From Candidatus Sumerlaea chitinivorans (GTDB lineage: Bacteria; Sumerlaeota; Sumerlaeia; Sumerlaeales; Sumerlaeaceae): DNA of 64,000 bases. The stretch is taken from NCBI GenBank assembly GCA_003290465.1, contig CP030759.1:2083980-2147979 (forward strand), given 5' to 3'. A program made the translations under genes and the position numbers. Below, one piece after another: positions 9,111 to 20,464 of the stretch (position 1 is the stretch's first letter; each line of letters begins with the position of its first letter). The notes beneath the pieces were generated by a model. It had not been told where the DNA came from and ran no database searches. It saw only the letters and a program-made list of their open reading frames with translations.

Positions 9111-11645
9111 ATGGCTCAGCTTGTACGCGTTCAGGCGAGCAACGCATGGGGGCATGCGTACTTTAAGGATTTGCTCACTAACAGCAGAAATCCTCTCACG
9201 TGGGTACGAAGGCTTATCGTTTTCGTGTGGATGGTAACACTTACGTTTGGGCGTGTGGCCGCTCAACCGCCGGCCGCCCCAGCGGAATCCCGAGGGATCT
9301 GGTTGACGACTGTCCAAGGACTCGATTTTCCTGCTGGCGCAGGGACCAGCGATATCACCGCGCAGCGCAACCAGATCCTCTCGCTACTCGACACGTGCAC
9401 GAGCATTGGGATCAACACGGTGCTCCTTCAGGTACGCACCGAATGCGACGCATTCTACGTCTCAGCAATTGAGCCGTGGTCACGCTGGCTAACCGGCACC
9501 CAAGGCGTGCCGCCGGCCCGAATCTGGGACCCACTACAGTTCACAATTGATGAATGTCGGCGACGCGGACTCGAAATCCACGCGTGGTTCAACCCGTATC
9601 GCGCAGGTGTGAGTAACTCTGCAAGTTTTGCGTCCAATCACCCGCTCTACACCCAGCCGCAGATCGTGGTGCCTTTTTCGACTTACTATTGGCTGAATCC
9701 CGGCCATCCGGACACAATCCCCTATACGACGAGCGTCATTATGGACGTCGTGGACCGCTACGATGTGGACGGTATCCATTTCGACGACTATTTTTATCCT
9801 TACGGAATCAGTTCGTCCTCACCCTTCCCAGATTCGAATGAGTACAATGCCTACGTCGCAGGCGGGGGGACCATGTCACTGGGCGACTGGCGGCGCGCAA
9901 ACGTCAACAATATGATCACGTCGGTCACAGCCCTCCTTGCTCAGCGACCCGCCAAGAGCCACGTACGGTTCGGCATTTCCCCGTTCGGTATCTGGAAAAG
10001 CGGAGTTCCCCCCGGAATCGTTGGGCTCGATGCCTACAGCGCGATCTACGCGGACTCGCGCCGTTGGCTCTACGAAGGATGGGTGGACTATCTGATGCCC
10101 CAGCTCTATTGGGGGCGAGCCGCAGATGGCCACTCCACTCAACAAGATTTCGACACACTCCTGAATTGGTGGACCAGTAGCGCCCAGAACCCGCTCGGGC
10201 GGCCTGTATTTGCGGGCTTGCCGGCATACAAAGCCCTGAACTCAGGGTGGCAACCGGCCCATGTCCGCAATCAAGTCGTCTACCAACAATCTGTCCCGGC
10301 CGCAAAAGGAAGCTGCTTTTTCCGAACCGTGCATCTGACGATGAACAATGGACGTGGGATCGGCAACGATTCGGTCGGGTATCTCTCCGAGTTGCTGGTC
10401 GCTGGGCCATACCAGCAAAAAGCGGCGCCAGTGGCATACACCCACAAGGACACCACCCCGCCCGCAGCTCCCTCCCTTGCATGGAGCGGAAGCCCAGCCA
10501 CTGGGTGGACTGCCTATTGGCAACCTCAAGGGGCAGAGTACCCGCAGTGGTACATCCTCTACTGGCGGACAGGCTCGGTGTGGTCCCACGATGTGCTACC
10601 TGATTGGCAGCGCTCCGCCACCCTTGCGGGAAGTGCTCAGGAAGTCGGAATTCAAGCCATTGACCGTTTTGGGAATCGGAGCTCGATCACAACTGGTATC
10701 TTGTCCAGCTCTTCCCCACCCCTGCCACCTCTCTTCACATCCGAGAACGTGCGCAACCACGATAGCGACTCGCTCGATTTCTTCACAGCTTCGGGTAGCA
10801 ATCGCTATGTCTCGACAGCCGCAACCGTTAGCACAAACGAGGAAGCAAACAACCGCATTGATCCGCGGGTAGGGCCACGGGGAACCAACTCGCGAAAAGT
10901 GACCTTCACATGGACTGCTGGCAGCGGTGGCCGCTACCGACTCAGCACGTTTGGCACCAACCCCATGATAAATTTGAGCAAGGGCGTGGGCGTTTATCTT
11001 AAGCTCCTGAGCGGGAAGTTGGATATTGCGTTGGCTGTGCGCGAAACTGGCGGATCAGGACCGATTGGAGCAAACGGTGGTTCAAGCGGCCCCATCGAGA
11101 TGACACCGGTCCAACGTGTGGAAGCCTCGCCAAATTGGCAATACCTCTACTTCGATGTTCCGAATGAGCAATGGACTTCCTTTGCGAGCGGTAACGGAGT
11201 GCTGGATGGGACGTGGGGCGTGCTCGAGTCGCTTATGATTTATCAGGTTCCCGGCACCCCATCCTCCTACGTGCTCTACGTTGACGAAATCCACCAAGGG
11301 CCGCCACACACGCCGCTCGGCGAGCCGCTGCGCCCAACGTACCTTGCGGGGGAAACCACGGGGTCCCAGCTCAACCACGTTCATCTGGCGTGGCGGCCAA
11401 GCCCAGCACAGGACCTTGCTGGTTATCGCGTTTATCGCAGCACCTCACCCGACGTGATTCCAGCAGCAGGCAACCTCGTGGCGCAGGTGACTACGCCCAC
11501 CTTCACCGACACGTCCACGGCGAAAAACACGCTCTACTACTATGCTGTCACTGCTGTGGATCACTTCGGCTATGAATCCGCAGTGAGCAACACGGTGAGT
11601 GTGCTAACACTCCCCGTCACGCTCAGCCGATTTGCGGCTGATTAG
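9111..11645 (+). CDS. Secreted glycoside-hydrolase-like family 10 (GHL10/DUF187) protein with a beta-rich middle region and a C-terminal FN3-like module
   Basis: Hydrophobic N-terminal anchor or signal. TIM-barrel motifs IHAWFNPYRAG and DGIHFDDYFYP. FN3-like LAGYRVYRS...YYYAVTAVD. ATG 9111 (GGAGG upstream) preferred over GTG 9093. Confidence 0.8.
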   Translation: MAQLVRVQASNAWGHAYFKDLLTNSRNPLTWVRRLIVFVWMVTLTFGRVAAQPPAAPAESRGIWLTTVQGLDFPAGAGTSDITAQRNQILSLLDTCTSIGINTVLLQVRTECDAFYVSAIEPWSRWLTGTQGVPPARIWDPLQFTIDECRRRGLEIHAWFNPYRAGVSNSASFASNHPLYTQPQIVVPFSTYYWLNPGHPDTIPYTTSVIMDVVDRYDVDGIHFDDYFYPYGISSSSPFPDSNEYNAYVAGGGTMSLGDWRRANVNNMITSVTALLAQRPAKSHVRFGISPFGIWKSGVPPGIVGLDAYSAIYADSRRWLYEGWVDYLMPQLYWGRAADGHSTQQDFDTLLNWWTSSAQNPLGRPVFAGLPAYKALNSGWQPAHVRNQVVYQQSVPAAKGSCFFRTVHLTMNNGRGIGNDSVGYLSELLVAGPYQQKAAPVAYTHKDTTPPAAPSLAWSGSPATGWTAYWQPQGAEYPQWYILYWRTGSVWSHDVLPDWQRSATLAGSAQEVGIQAIDRFGNRSSITTGILSSSSPPLPPLFTSENVRNHDSDSLDFFTASGSNRYVSTAATVSTNEEANNRIDPRVGPRGTNSRKVTFTWTAGSGGRYRLSTFGTNPMINLSKGVGVYLKLLSGKLDIALAVRETGGSGPIGANGGSSGPIEMTPVQRVEASPNWQYLYFDVPNEQWTSFASGNGVLDGTWGVLESLMIYQVPGTPSSYVLYVDEIHQGPPHTPLGEPLRPTYLAGETTGSQLNHVHLAWRPSPAQDLAGYRVYRSTSPDVIPAAGNLVAQVTTPTFTDTSTAKNTLYYYAVTAVDHFGYESAVSNTVSVLTLPVTLSRFAAD

Positions 11646-11754
11646 TGCCGTGAGGGGGAAGGAACACGTCACGCTCGAAACTCGAACCGCGTGGCGTTCG
11701 CGCCGTGCGCACCTTCGCTGCCGATCTGGAGTTAGCGTCGGCACGCAGCACTTG

Positions 11755-11778
11755 CACGTTTCGGTACTGAGAAACGTG
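11755..11778. terminator. Perfect 8-bp hairpin between convergent genes (possible terminator, no U-tract)
   Basis: CACGTTTC (11755-11762), loop GGTACTGA, GAAACGTG (11771-11778). Lies between the GHL10 gene (+) and hom (-). Followed by TGTTCGG only. Confidence 0.25.
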
Positions 11779-11893
11779 TGTTCGGCTGGAACCGCAAGAA
11801 GAGGAGCCGCAACTCAAGGATGAACGGAACGCGATCGGAGTCGTCGGCCCTTCCATCAGTTTCAGCAGATGTCAAAAGGGACCGGCTGATCGC

Positions 11894-13198
11894 TTAGAGG
11901 TCTTCTTCTACGCGCAACACAAAAGGTGCCTCGAGAGTCACCGGCAACGCCGCAATCTCCTTGATAGCGTCCTGAACATCTTTTTCGCGTGCGGTGTGGG
12001 TGACAATGATGATCTCGGCACGACCCGAATCGTGTCGGCCTCGCTGGATCATGGAGCCAATGCTCACGTTATGCGCCCCCAGCACGCCGCCAAGTTGGGC
12101 CATGACTCCCGGCTTATCGATTGCCTCAAGCCGCAAATAGTAGGCAGTGGATAGTTCCGCGATTGGCTTTAGATTCTTGACTCCGGGCTCGGCAGCCAAG
12201 CGATGCTCCGCCGGTTTCGTGCCCGCCGCCACCGCTGTGGCCGCCGCCATCACGTCGCTGAGCACAGCGCTCGCGGTTGGCGCCGGTCCGGCACCTCGCC
12301 CGTAGAACATTGTCTTGCCCACAAGATCGCCCACCGCCAGAATGCCATTGTAGACACCATTGACGTGGGCGAGAAGCGAGGTCTGGGGCAGGAGCGTGGG
12401 GTGCACGCGCACCTCGACTCGACCGTCTGCCGGATCTCGCTTTGCAATTCCTAAGAGCTTGATCGTGTAGCCGAGTTCGCGAGCGTACTCGATGTCCACC
12501 TGTCGGATGCGCGTGATACCTTCGACGTACACGTCCGTGTAGCGCACATCCTGTTGAAATGCCAGCGATGCGAGAATCGCCGTTTTGTGAGCTGTGTCGT
12601 AGCCCTCGATGTCGAATGTTGGGTCGGGCTCGGCGTAGCCGTGGGCTTGAGCCTCTGCAAGGACCGTATCGAAAGCCTTGTGCTCCTCGGCCATCTGGGT
12701 GAGGATGTAATTGCAGGTGCCATTCACTATGCCGTAGATGGAATGGAAGTTATTCGCGGAGAGCCCCAGCTCAAGCGCGCGAATGATCGGGATCCCTCCG
12801 CCAACGCTCGCCTCAAAGTAGAGTCCCACTCCGCACTCAGCGGCAGTGCGCCAAAGATCCGCGCCAAAATTCGCGAGCATCGCCTTGTTCGCGGTAACGA
12901 CGTGTTTTCCATTGCGCAAGGCCTTCTCCACGAAGGTGCGCGCTGGCTCCAAGCCGCCTACCAATTCAATCACGACCGCGATCTCGGGATCGTTGAGAAT
13001 CTCATTCGCGTCCGTAGTAAGAATGCTGGGATCGTAATCAGCCGCTCGCTTGCGCTTGATGTCCACATCGGCAATGCGCACAAGGCGGAGCCGCGCTCCA
13101 ATCCGCGACGCAATAAGTTCTCCATTCTGATTGAGGGAATTCACCACTCCCGTGCCAATGTTTCCGAATCCGATCAGTCCGACTTTGATTTCCTTCAT
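11894..13198 (-). CDS. hom: Homoserine dehydrogenase with C-terminal ACT domain
   Basis: NAD site GLIGFGNIGTGV, catalytic core collinear with the Hom family, C-terminal ACT-like domain. Confidence 0.93.
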   Translation of the reverse strand: MKEIKVGLIGFGNIGTGVVNSLNQNGELIASRIGARLRLVRIADVDIKRKRAADYDPSILTTDANEILNDPEIAVVIELVGGLEPARTFVEKALRNGKHVVTANKAMLANFGADLWRTAAECGVGLYFEASVGGGIPIIRALELGLSANNFHSIYGIVNGTCNYILTQMAEEHKAFDTVLAEAQAHGYAEPDPTFDIEGYDTAHKTAILASLAFQQDVRYTDVYVEGITRIRQVDIEYARELGYTIKLLGIAKRDPADGRVEVRVHPTLLPQTSLLAHVNGVYNGILAVGDLVGKTMFYGRGAGPAPTASAVLSDVMAAATAVAAGTKPAEHRLAAEPGVKNLKPIAELSTAYYLRLEAIDKPGVMAQLGGVLGAHNVSIGSMIQRGRHDSGRAEIIIVTHTAREKDVQDAIKEIAALPVTLEAPFVLRVEEDL

Positions 13199-13252
13199 CG
13201 TTCTTCCCTGTTTACGCTATAAGTGTGACACGTCAGCAGGCTACGCTCGCGC

Positions 13253-14995
13253 TCAAGCCTCGCCCAACGACTTTGCAATTTTGGCCCACGTATCTTTCAA
13301 CGTCACCGTCCGGTTGAAAACGAGCGCTCCGGGGCGGCTGTCCACGCTGTCCACGCAGAAGTAGCCCAAGCGTTCAAATTGATAGGTGGTGCCGGGCGTC
13401 GCTGCCCCAAGCATCGGTTCCAGCTTTGCGCCGTGCACGACCTCGAGCGAGTTCGGATTGACGTTGTCGAGGAACGTTTTGCCTTCCTCCACATCGTCGG
13501 GATCAGGCTTTGTGAAGAGGTGCTCATAGAGACGAACTTCGGCCGTCAGGGCGTGCGGAGCGCTCACCCAATGAATGGTCGCCTTCACTTTGCGGCCGTC
13601 CGCAGGGTTCGCTCCCAACGTGCTGGGATCGATGGTGCACCGCAGCTCCACGATCCGCCCTTGCTCATCCTTGATCACGTCCTCGCACTTCAACAAGTAG
13701 GCGTAGCGAAGCCGCACTTCTTTGCCGGGCGAAAGTCGGTAGTACTTCGGCGGCGGCACCTCGCGGAAGTCGTCCTGCTCGATGTAGAGCTCACGCGTAA
13801 ACGGGATTTTGCGCGTCCCCGCCGATGGGTCCTCGGGGTTATTGAGTGCATCAAGCCACTCCACTTTGCCCTCGGGGAAATTCGTGACGACAACCCGCAG
13901 CGGCCGCAGCACCGCCATCGCGCGCGGGGCTCGACGATTGAGGTCCTCACGGAGGCAGTGCTCAAGGAGCGCGTAGTCCACGACGCTGTCGGTCTTTGCG
14001 ACTCCGATGCGCGCGCAGAAATCTCGAATTGCCTCGGGAGTGTAGCCACGCCGGCGAAGGCCGCAAATCGTCGGCATGCGCGGATCATCCCATCCCCGCA
14101 CGTAGCCTTCCCGCACAAGCTGGAGGAGCTTGCGCTTGCTCATGACGGTGTACGTCAGATTCAACCGTGCGAATTCGATCTGCTGCGAGTGATGGATGCC
14201 GAGCTCCTCCAACACCCAATCGTAAAGCGGGCGGTGATCCTCGAACTCGAGAGTGCAAATTGAGTGGGTGATTCCCTCGAGCGAATCGCTGATGGGATGA
14301 GCAAAGTCGTACATCGGGTAAATGCACCACTTGTTGCCAGTACGGTGGTGAGGCGCCTTGATGATGCGGTAAAGCACGGGGTCGCGCAGGTTGAGGTTCG
14401 GGCTTGCCATGTCAATTTTCGCTCGGAGAGTGCGCGAGCCCTCCTCAAACTCGCCCGCACGCATGCGCTCGAAAAGGTCCAAGTTTTCCTCAATGCTGCG
14501 GTTTCGGTAAGGACTGGGGATGCCCGGCTCCGTGAGCGTCCCCCGCATTTCTCGCACTTGCTCTGGACTCAAGTCACAGACGTACGCTTTGCCTTTCTTG
14601 ATGAGCTGAACGGCAAACTCGTACATTTTATCAAAGTAGTCCGAGGCAAAGTAAAGGTGCTCGCCCCAATCCCAACCCAGCCACCGCACATCTTCCTTGA
14701 TGGCTTCGACGTATTCCACGTCTTCCTTCGTGGGATTGGTGTCGTCGAAGCGCAGATGGCAGCGTCCGCCAAACTCGGCCGCAATCCCGAAGTTCAGGCA
14801 GATGCTCTTTGCGTGGCCAATGTGAAGATAGCCATTGGGCTCGGGGGGAAAACGTGTCACCACCTGCCCGCCCCACTTGCCCGAGGCAAGATCATCCATC
14901 ACGATCTTGCGAATGAAATCTAACGGCCGCGAAGGGCTTGTGCATCCCTCACACGAGGGGTCATTCTTCTTGTCGTAGTCGGAACTGCCCATCAT
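13253..14995 (-). CDS. glnS: Glutamine--tRNA ligase
   Basis: HIGH motif (LHIGHAKS), KMSKS motif (VMSKRK), GlnRS-type N-terminus [14 protein letters not shown]...[15 protein letters not shown] and C-terminal anticodon-binding region. Confidence 0.95.
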   Translation of the reverse strand: MMGSSDYDKKNDPSCEGCTSPSRPLDFIRKIVMDDLASGKWGGQVVTRFPPEPNGYLHIGHAKSICLNFGIAAEFGGRCHLRFDDTNPTKEDVEYVEAIKEDVRWLGWDWGEHLYFASDYFDKMYEFAVQLIKKGKAYVCDLSPEQVREMRGTLTEPGIPSPYRNRSIEENLDLFERMRAGEFEEGSRTLRAKIDMASPNLNLRDPVLYRIIKAPHHRTGNKWCIYPMYDFAHPISDSLEGITHSICTLEFEDHRPLYDWVLEELGIHHSQQIEFARLNLTYTVMSKRKLLQLVREGYVRGWDDPRMPTICGLRRRGYTPEAIRDFCARIGVAKTDSVVDYALLEHCLREDLNRRAPRAMAVLRPLRVVVTNFPEGKVEWLDALNNPEDPSAGTRKIPFTRELYIEQDDFREVPPPKYYRLSPGKEVRLRYAYLLKCEDVIKDEQGRIVELRCTIDPSTLGANPADGRKVKATIHWVSAPHALTAEVRLYEHLFTKPDPDDVEEGKTFLDNVNPNSLEVVHGAKLEPMLGAATPGTTYQFERLGYFCVDSVDSRPGALVFNRTVTLKDTWAKIAKSLGEA

Positions 14996-15135
14996 GCTCC
15001 TACAGTTTTGATTTCCCTCACCTCAACAGGCGATTTGAAAGTGCTGTATGGCGCCACTGCAACAATTTCTTCTTGCTCCAATAAGCGCGATTCCACCTCT
15101 CGCACACATCGCATGAGCCGCCCGCAGCAAACCTC

Positions 15136-16680
15136 TCACGACGTGCCCGACGAGAGTGCTTGCTTGGCCCGATCCACACACTTTTCGATACGCCGCACAC
15201 TCTCCTCGCGCCCAAGGTACCAGAGCACGTGGAAAAGCGGTGGCGAGGCGGTTCGGCCTGTCACTGCGAGGCGAATTGGCTGCGCCACATTGCCAAACTT
15301 GAGCTGCTTGGCCTCACTCCATTCGCGCAAAGGCTTCTCCATGGCTTCGCACCACGCCTCGAGGGCCTGGGGCGTTCCCGTGACCGGATTATGAGCCTTC
15401 GTCGCTTCCTCCCACGTGCTTGCGAGTAGCTCGGCACAGTGCGCCAGATGCGCCACTGCCTCGGGGCTCCCGAGAAACTTTCGAAACGCTTTTTCCTCGT
15501 ACTGCGCCGGGGGCTCAAAGAAGTATCCCAGTTGATCTACAAAATCGTTGAGTGTGCGTGTACGCTCCACCACGAGGCCGATGATGCCGCGCAGCCATGC
15601 TTCGCGCGACAACTCTTGGTTCGGCGGACTGAAGTCTGCAGCCGCGAGCGCAGGATAGCGCTTCTCCAAGCGCTCCGTGACCCAAGTGTCCAATTGAGCG
15701 CGCGGCGTTTTGCGGATATAAACACCATTCATCCACAAGAGCTTCTCGTGATCAAATACGGCTGGGCTCTTGCTCACACGCTCGAGCTGAAAACGCGCAA
15801 TGAGCTCCTCGAGAGGCATCACCTCTTCGAACTCAGCCTCAGGCGGAGCCCAACCCAATAGGGCGAGGTAGTTCACCAGCGCTTCGCGCAGGATCCCCAT
15901 CTCCCGGAACTCCGTCACACCAGTAGCGCCATGGCGTTTGCTGAGCTTCTTTTTGTCGGGACCGAGAATGAGCGGCAAGTGTGCGAATTGTGGCGGCTCG
16001 ACGCCAAGGGCGCGATAGATCATGATTTGTTTCGGCGTGTTCGGCACATGGTCTTCGCCCCGGCAGATCAGGGTAATCCCCATGTCGAGATCGTCCACCA
16101 CATTGGTGAAGTTGTAGAGTGGCGAGCCGTCCGCCCGCGCGATGACAAAATCCCCAATATTATCGTTCTCGACCTCAATATGGCCGTAGATTAGGTCGTC
16201 GAAAGCGGTGACGCCGCCGACGGGTGCACGGAACCGAATCACGTATGGCGCCCCCGCGGCTTCTAATTTGCGCGCTTCCTCTTCTGGGAACATTTCCCTG
16301 CGATAGGCAAAAATCCGCCCCGCAGCCCGAGCCTGCTCACGCAACTCATCGAGCCGCTCCTTCGGGCAGTAACAGCGGTAGGCGTGACCGGTGTCCAGCA
16401 ATCGCTGGAGATAAGCGCGATGGATGTGAGCGCGCCGCGCCTGATACTCCACCGGTTCGTCAGGCGTCAACCCCAACCACTCGAGCGAATCGAGAATTTG
16501 GCGTGTGGCCTCCTCCGTCGAGCGCTCAAGGTCGGTGTCCTCGATGCGGACGAGAAACGTGCCACCTGTATGGCGGGCATACAACCAATTGAAAAGCGCA
16601 GCACGCGCACTTCCCACGTGCAGCATTCCCGTGGGTGAGGGCGCGAATCGTACTCGCGGTTTGTTCGTTGTGTTAGTCAT
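15136..16680 (-). CDS. gltX: Glutamate--tRNA ligase
   Basis: RFAPSPTGMLHVGSARAALFNW (HIGH-type) and KLSKRHG (KMSKS-type). ATG 16680 (GGAG 6 nt upstream) preferred over GTG 16692. Confidence 0.93.
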   Translation of the reverse strand: MTNTTNKPRVRFAPSPTGMLHVGSARAALFNWLYARHTGGTFLVRIEDTDLERSTEEATRQILDSLEWLGLTPDEPVEYQARRAHIHRAYLQRLLDTGHAYRCYCPKERLDELREQARAAGRIFAYRREMFPEEEARKLEAAGAPYVIRFRAPVGGVTAFDDLIYGHIEVENDNIGDFVIARADGSPLYNFTNVVDDLDMGITLICRGEDHVPNTPKQIMIYRALGVEPPQFAHLPLILGPDKKKLSKRHGATGVTEFREMGILREALVNYLALLGWAPPEAEFEEVMPLEELIARFQLERVSKSPAVFDHEKLLWMNGVYIRKTPRAQLDTWVTERLEKRYPALAAADFSPPNQELSREAWLRGIIGLVVERTRTLNDFVDQLGYFFEPPAQYEEKAFRKFLGSPEAVAHLAHCAELLASTWEEATKAHNPVTGTPQALEAWCEAMEKPLREWSEAKQLKFGNVAQPIRLAVTGRTASPPLFHVLWYLGREESVRRIEKCVDRAKQALSSGTS

Positions 16681-16813
16681 CGACATCTCCACTGAGACCC
16701 TGACTTCGTGGGGTCAAGCTGTCCTAATTACACTACGGGGGCCCCACACACTCGCAAAACACACCTCTCGCGCAACCGGCCGCACAATGCATGCGCAAGT
16801 TGGATGCGAATCC

Positions 16814-17683
16814 TCATGAACGAGGAGGCGGGAGGCGCTCGAATAGCGCAAGGAACTCCTCCAGCCCCAACTCTTCGGCACGAGTTGTTGCAGGTCGCCC
16901 AAGAGCAGCCAGCGCTTCCTCGACCGCGGATTTAGAATATCCCAGTCCCGCGGCCGCCACCGCATTTGGCAGCATTTTGCGCCGTTGAGCAAAGGCCCCC
17001 TCCACCAAGCGAAAAAATCGGGGGCGGCGGTCCTCCGGAAGAGGAGCGCTCCTGCGGCGAAACGCCACGAGCTGACTATCCACCTGCGGCGGGGGAAGAA
17101 ACGCACGCCGATTCACCAAAAAGAGCGGTTCCACATCGCAGTAATACTGCAGCTTAATGGTGATTGCGCCGGATGCGCGTCCGCCGTGCGGCACCGCAAT
17201 ACGCTCGGCAACTTCGCGCTGCATGAGAAGCGTCATGCGCTCGAACTCCGCACCACTTTCTGCGATTCGCATTAGCAGAGGCGACGTAATGTGGTAGGGA
17301 ATGTTCCCCGCGATGAGGAAGCGTTCGCCACGCGCTCGGGTTGCTTCTGCCTCGGCCGCATAATCAAAGTCCAACGCATCCGTATAGCGAAACTCCACTC
17401 GCTCGCTGACCTCTGGCCAGCGCCGAAACACCTCGCGATGGAGCGCAGCAAAGCGCTCGTCCAACTCAATCGCCGTCACGCGCGCACCGCACAAAGCAAG
17501 AAGCGCTGTCAGGTGCCCTGCGCCTGCCCCGATCTCCACGACATGCGTGCCCGCGCCCGCCCCTGCAGCTTCCGCGACACGCTCCAGCACCCCCGCATCT
17601 ACGAGCAGGTGCTGGCCCAATCGCTTATTGAGCCATATCCCATGGCGCTTGAGGAGGCGTGTGAAATATACCGGGTTGATCAT
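16814..17683 (-). CDS. rsmA: 16S rRNA (adenine1518/1519-N6)-dimethyltransferase
   Basis: RLGQHLLVD, SAM site VVEIGAGAGHLT and GNIPYHITSP. ATG 17683 chosen. The 24-aa N-terminal extension in the ORF track has no family counterpart. Confidence 0.9.
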   Translation of the reverse strand: MINPVYFTRLLKRHGIWLNKRLGQHLLVDAGVLERVAEAAGAGAGTHVVEIGAGAGHLTALLALCGARVTAIELDERFAALHREVFRRWPEVSERVEFRYTDALDFDYAAEAEATRARGERFLIAGNIPYHITSPLLMRIAESGAEFERMTLLMQREVAERIAVPHGGRASGAITIKLQYYCDVEPLFLVNRRAFLPPPQVDSQLVAFRRRSAPLPEDRRPRFFRLVEGAFAQRRKMLPNAVAAAGLGYSKSAVEEALAALGRPATTRAEELGLEEFLALFERLPPPRS

Positions 17684-17896
17684 CGTTCTCCATTCACAAC
17701 CTTCGACATGAAAAATTGCGAGCAACCGCAAAAATGGGGTCAGGCTCGGCCCCACCAGCCTTTGGGATTAGCCATGTGAGATGAACGGTCATGAGCCCAT
17801 CTCGGCATAGCGAGCTCAACTGACAGGTGGCACGGGACCATGAGAAAACCGCCACGGGAAAGTTTTCACGAATGGAACGAAATGAACTCTGAACAC

Positions 17897-17937
17897 GGGC
17901 GTAATGTATTTGGACTTTACATGTGCCCTTTTTCTTT
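17897..17937 (+). terminator. Intrinsic-terminator-like hairpin plus T-tract inside the rsmA/atpD spacer
   Basis: GGGCGT(A)ATGTA, loop TTTGGACTT, TACATGTGCCC (9 Watson-Crick and 2 G:U pairs, one bulged A), followed by TTTTTCTTT at 17929-17937. No annotated gene upstream on this strand. Confidence 0.45.
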
Positions 17938-18066
17938 GGCGATGATCGAGCCACTGCGAAATGCGCAGCTCACGAAGCCACTTTTTGGGTTCGTGACCAT
18001 TGCGGGTGCGTGAGCATGTATGCTCGTCTTACCGTCTGAGAGAAGAAGGTCGGCCCGAATGGCTGA

Positions 18067-19545
<1,479 letters not shown>

Positions 19546-19631
19546 AGGCTGTAGGTTACGGCTTGGGGTCGCCCGGCACCAGCCACAAGCGCACTTAATA
19601 CAAATGCTCTTTGAGGACGCTGCGAGCCTGT

Positions 19632-19651
19632 GGGGGCAGCCCCCTTGTTTT
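19632..19651 (+). terminator. Short GC hairpin plus T-rich tail downstream of atpD
   Basis: GGGGG-CAG-CCCCC (19632-19644) followed by TTGTTTT. The stem is short and the loop minimal, so support is only moderate. Confidence 0.4.
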
Positions 19652-19842
19652 CCAGACGTTCAGTGCGTGTGGCAATCAGTCCCAAGTCCGTGGGTAATGA
19701 GAATCGCAGCGAGTGAATTTCAGGCTGCATGGCCGCGATCGCCCGTCGGACGTTATAGTTTGAAGAAATGCAGTGGGCGCTCGTGTCAGCAGGAAATGAA
19801 TTTTTCGCCGAGCTGGTTGAATTATTCGGCGTCGGAACCGAT

Positions 19843-19918
19843 GGGGCGGTAGTTCAGTTGGGAGAACGCCGGTTTTGCAAGCCGGAGGTCACGGGTTCGA
19901 ATCCCGTCCGCTCCACCA
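19843..19918 (+). tRNA. tRNA-Ala (anticodon TGC), CCA encoded
   Basis: 76-nt cloverleaf with a 7-bp acceptor stem carrying the G3:U70 alanine identity pair. Anticodon loop TTTGCAA, T-arm GGGTTCGAATCCC, 3' ACCA. Confidence 0.95.
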
Positions 19919-20019
19919 TCTATTTATATTTTCTCCACTTTCCCACTTCAGTGACCTGGGCAAAGAAACTCGGAAAAGCACAGCTCCGCTATTGGCGGCC
20001 AGCGACCTTCACGCACTTG

Positions 20020-20463
20020 TCACAGTTTGCGAACCTGAACGGTGTGCGCCAAGTCGCGATCGAAAGCAAACTCGCTATAGCCAACACGCACCAATACGGC
20101 TGGAAACTGCTTAAGAACTTTCACGGTGGTGCCGGGCAAAACCCCCAGCGACAAAAACTTTCGAACATGGTTCGGATCCAGAAAGCGCTCAATGATAGCT
20201 TCCCCGCCGGGTTCCACATCCCCCAACGTCAAGTGCGGCTGACCCGACTCCGACGCGCAAAGTCCGTCGGGAGCCGGCCGAAGCGGTTCTTTGATGAGCC
20301 CGACCCACTGCTTGAGACGCAGAACAAAATTCGGGTCACGCGGCATCTCCATCCCGCAATTGGGGCATTTCACCATGGCACACGAGGAGCGGGCACAGCA
20401 GAGGCTGCAGGCTATGCGGCTTTCGTTTTCGTTAAATTCAGTCCCACACTTTGAACAGATCAT
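20020..20463 (-). CDS. feoA: FeoA-domain protein with an N-terminal 8-Cys (zinc-ribbon or Fe-S like) extension
   Basis: C-terminal ~75 aa resemble the FeoA SH3-like domain (GVLPGTTVKVL). The N-terminal 36 aa carry Cys at 3, 6, 19, 22, 23, 28, 33 and 36. ATG 20463 lies 1 nt after the feoB stop. The ORF-track extension to 20556 overlaps feoB. Confidence 0.8.
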   Translation of the reverse strand: MICSKCGTEFNENESRIACSLCCARSSCAMVKCPNCGMEMPRDPNFVLRLKQWVGLIKEPLRPAPDGLCASESGQPHLTLGDVEPGGEAIIERFLDPNHVRKFLSLGVLPGTTVKVLKQFPAVLVRVGYSEFAFDRDLAHTVQVRKL

Positions 20464-20464
20464 C

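Noticed and set aside
13379-14923. Two long plus-strand ORFs (294 and 219 aa) opposite glnS
   Set aside because: They are shadow ORFs antisense to a full-length GlnRS and have no motifs. Similar shadows opposite hom, speA, the MalG-like gene (60097-60948) and the Spy-like gene (55216-55890) were rejected for the same reason.
19546-19842. Missed atpC (epsilon) gene after atpD
   Set aside because: I translated all three plus frames. No epsilon-like N-terminus appears, and the only open frame (MLFEDAASLWGQPP...) is Cys/Trp/Ser-rich and runs into the tRNA.
19843-20019. tRNA-Ala as an integration site of a mobile element
   Set aside because: No integrase, no phage or transposon genes and no visible duplicate of the tRNA 3' end occur downstream. 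The flanking genes (atpD, feoAB) are ordinary chromosomal genes.
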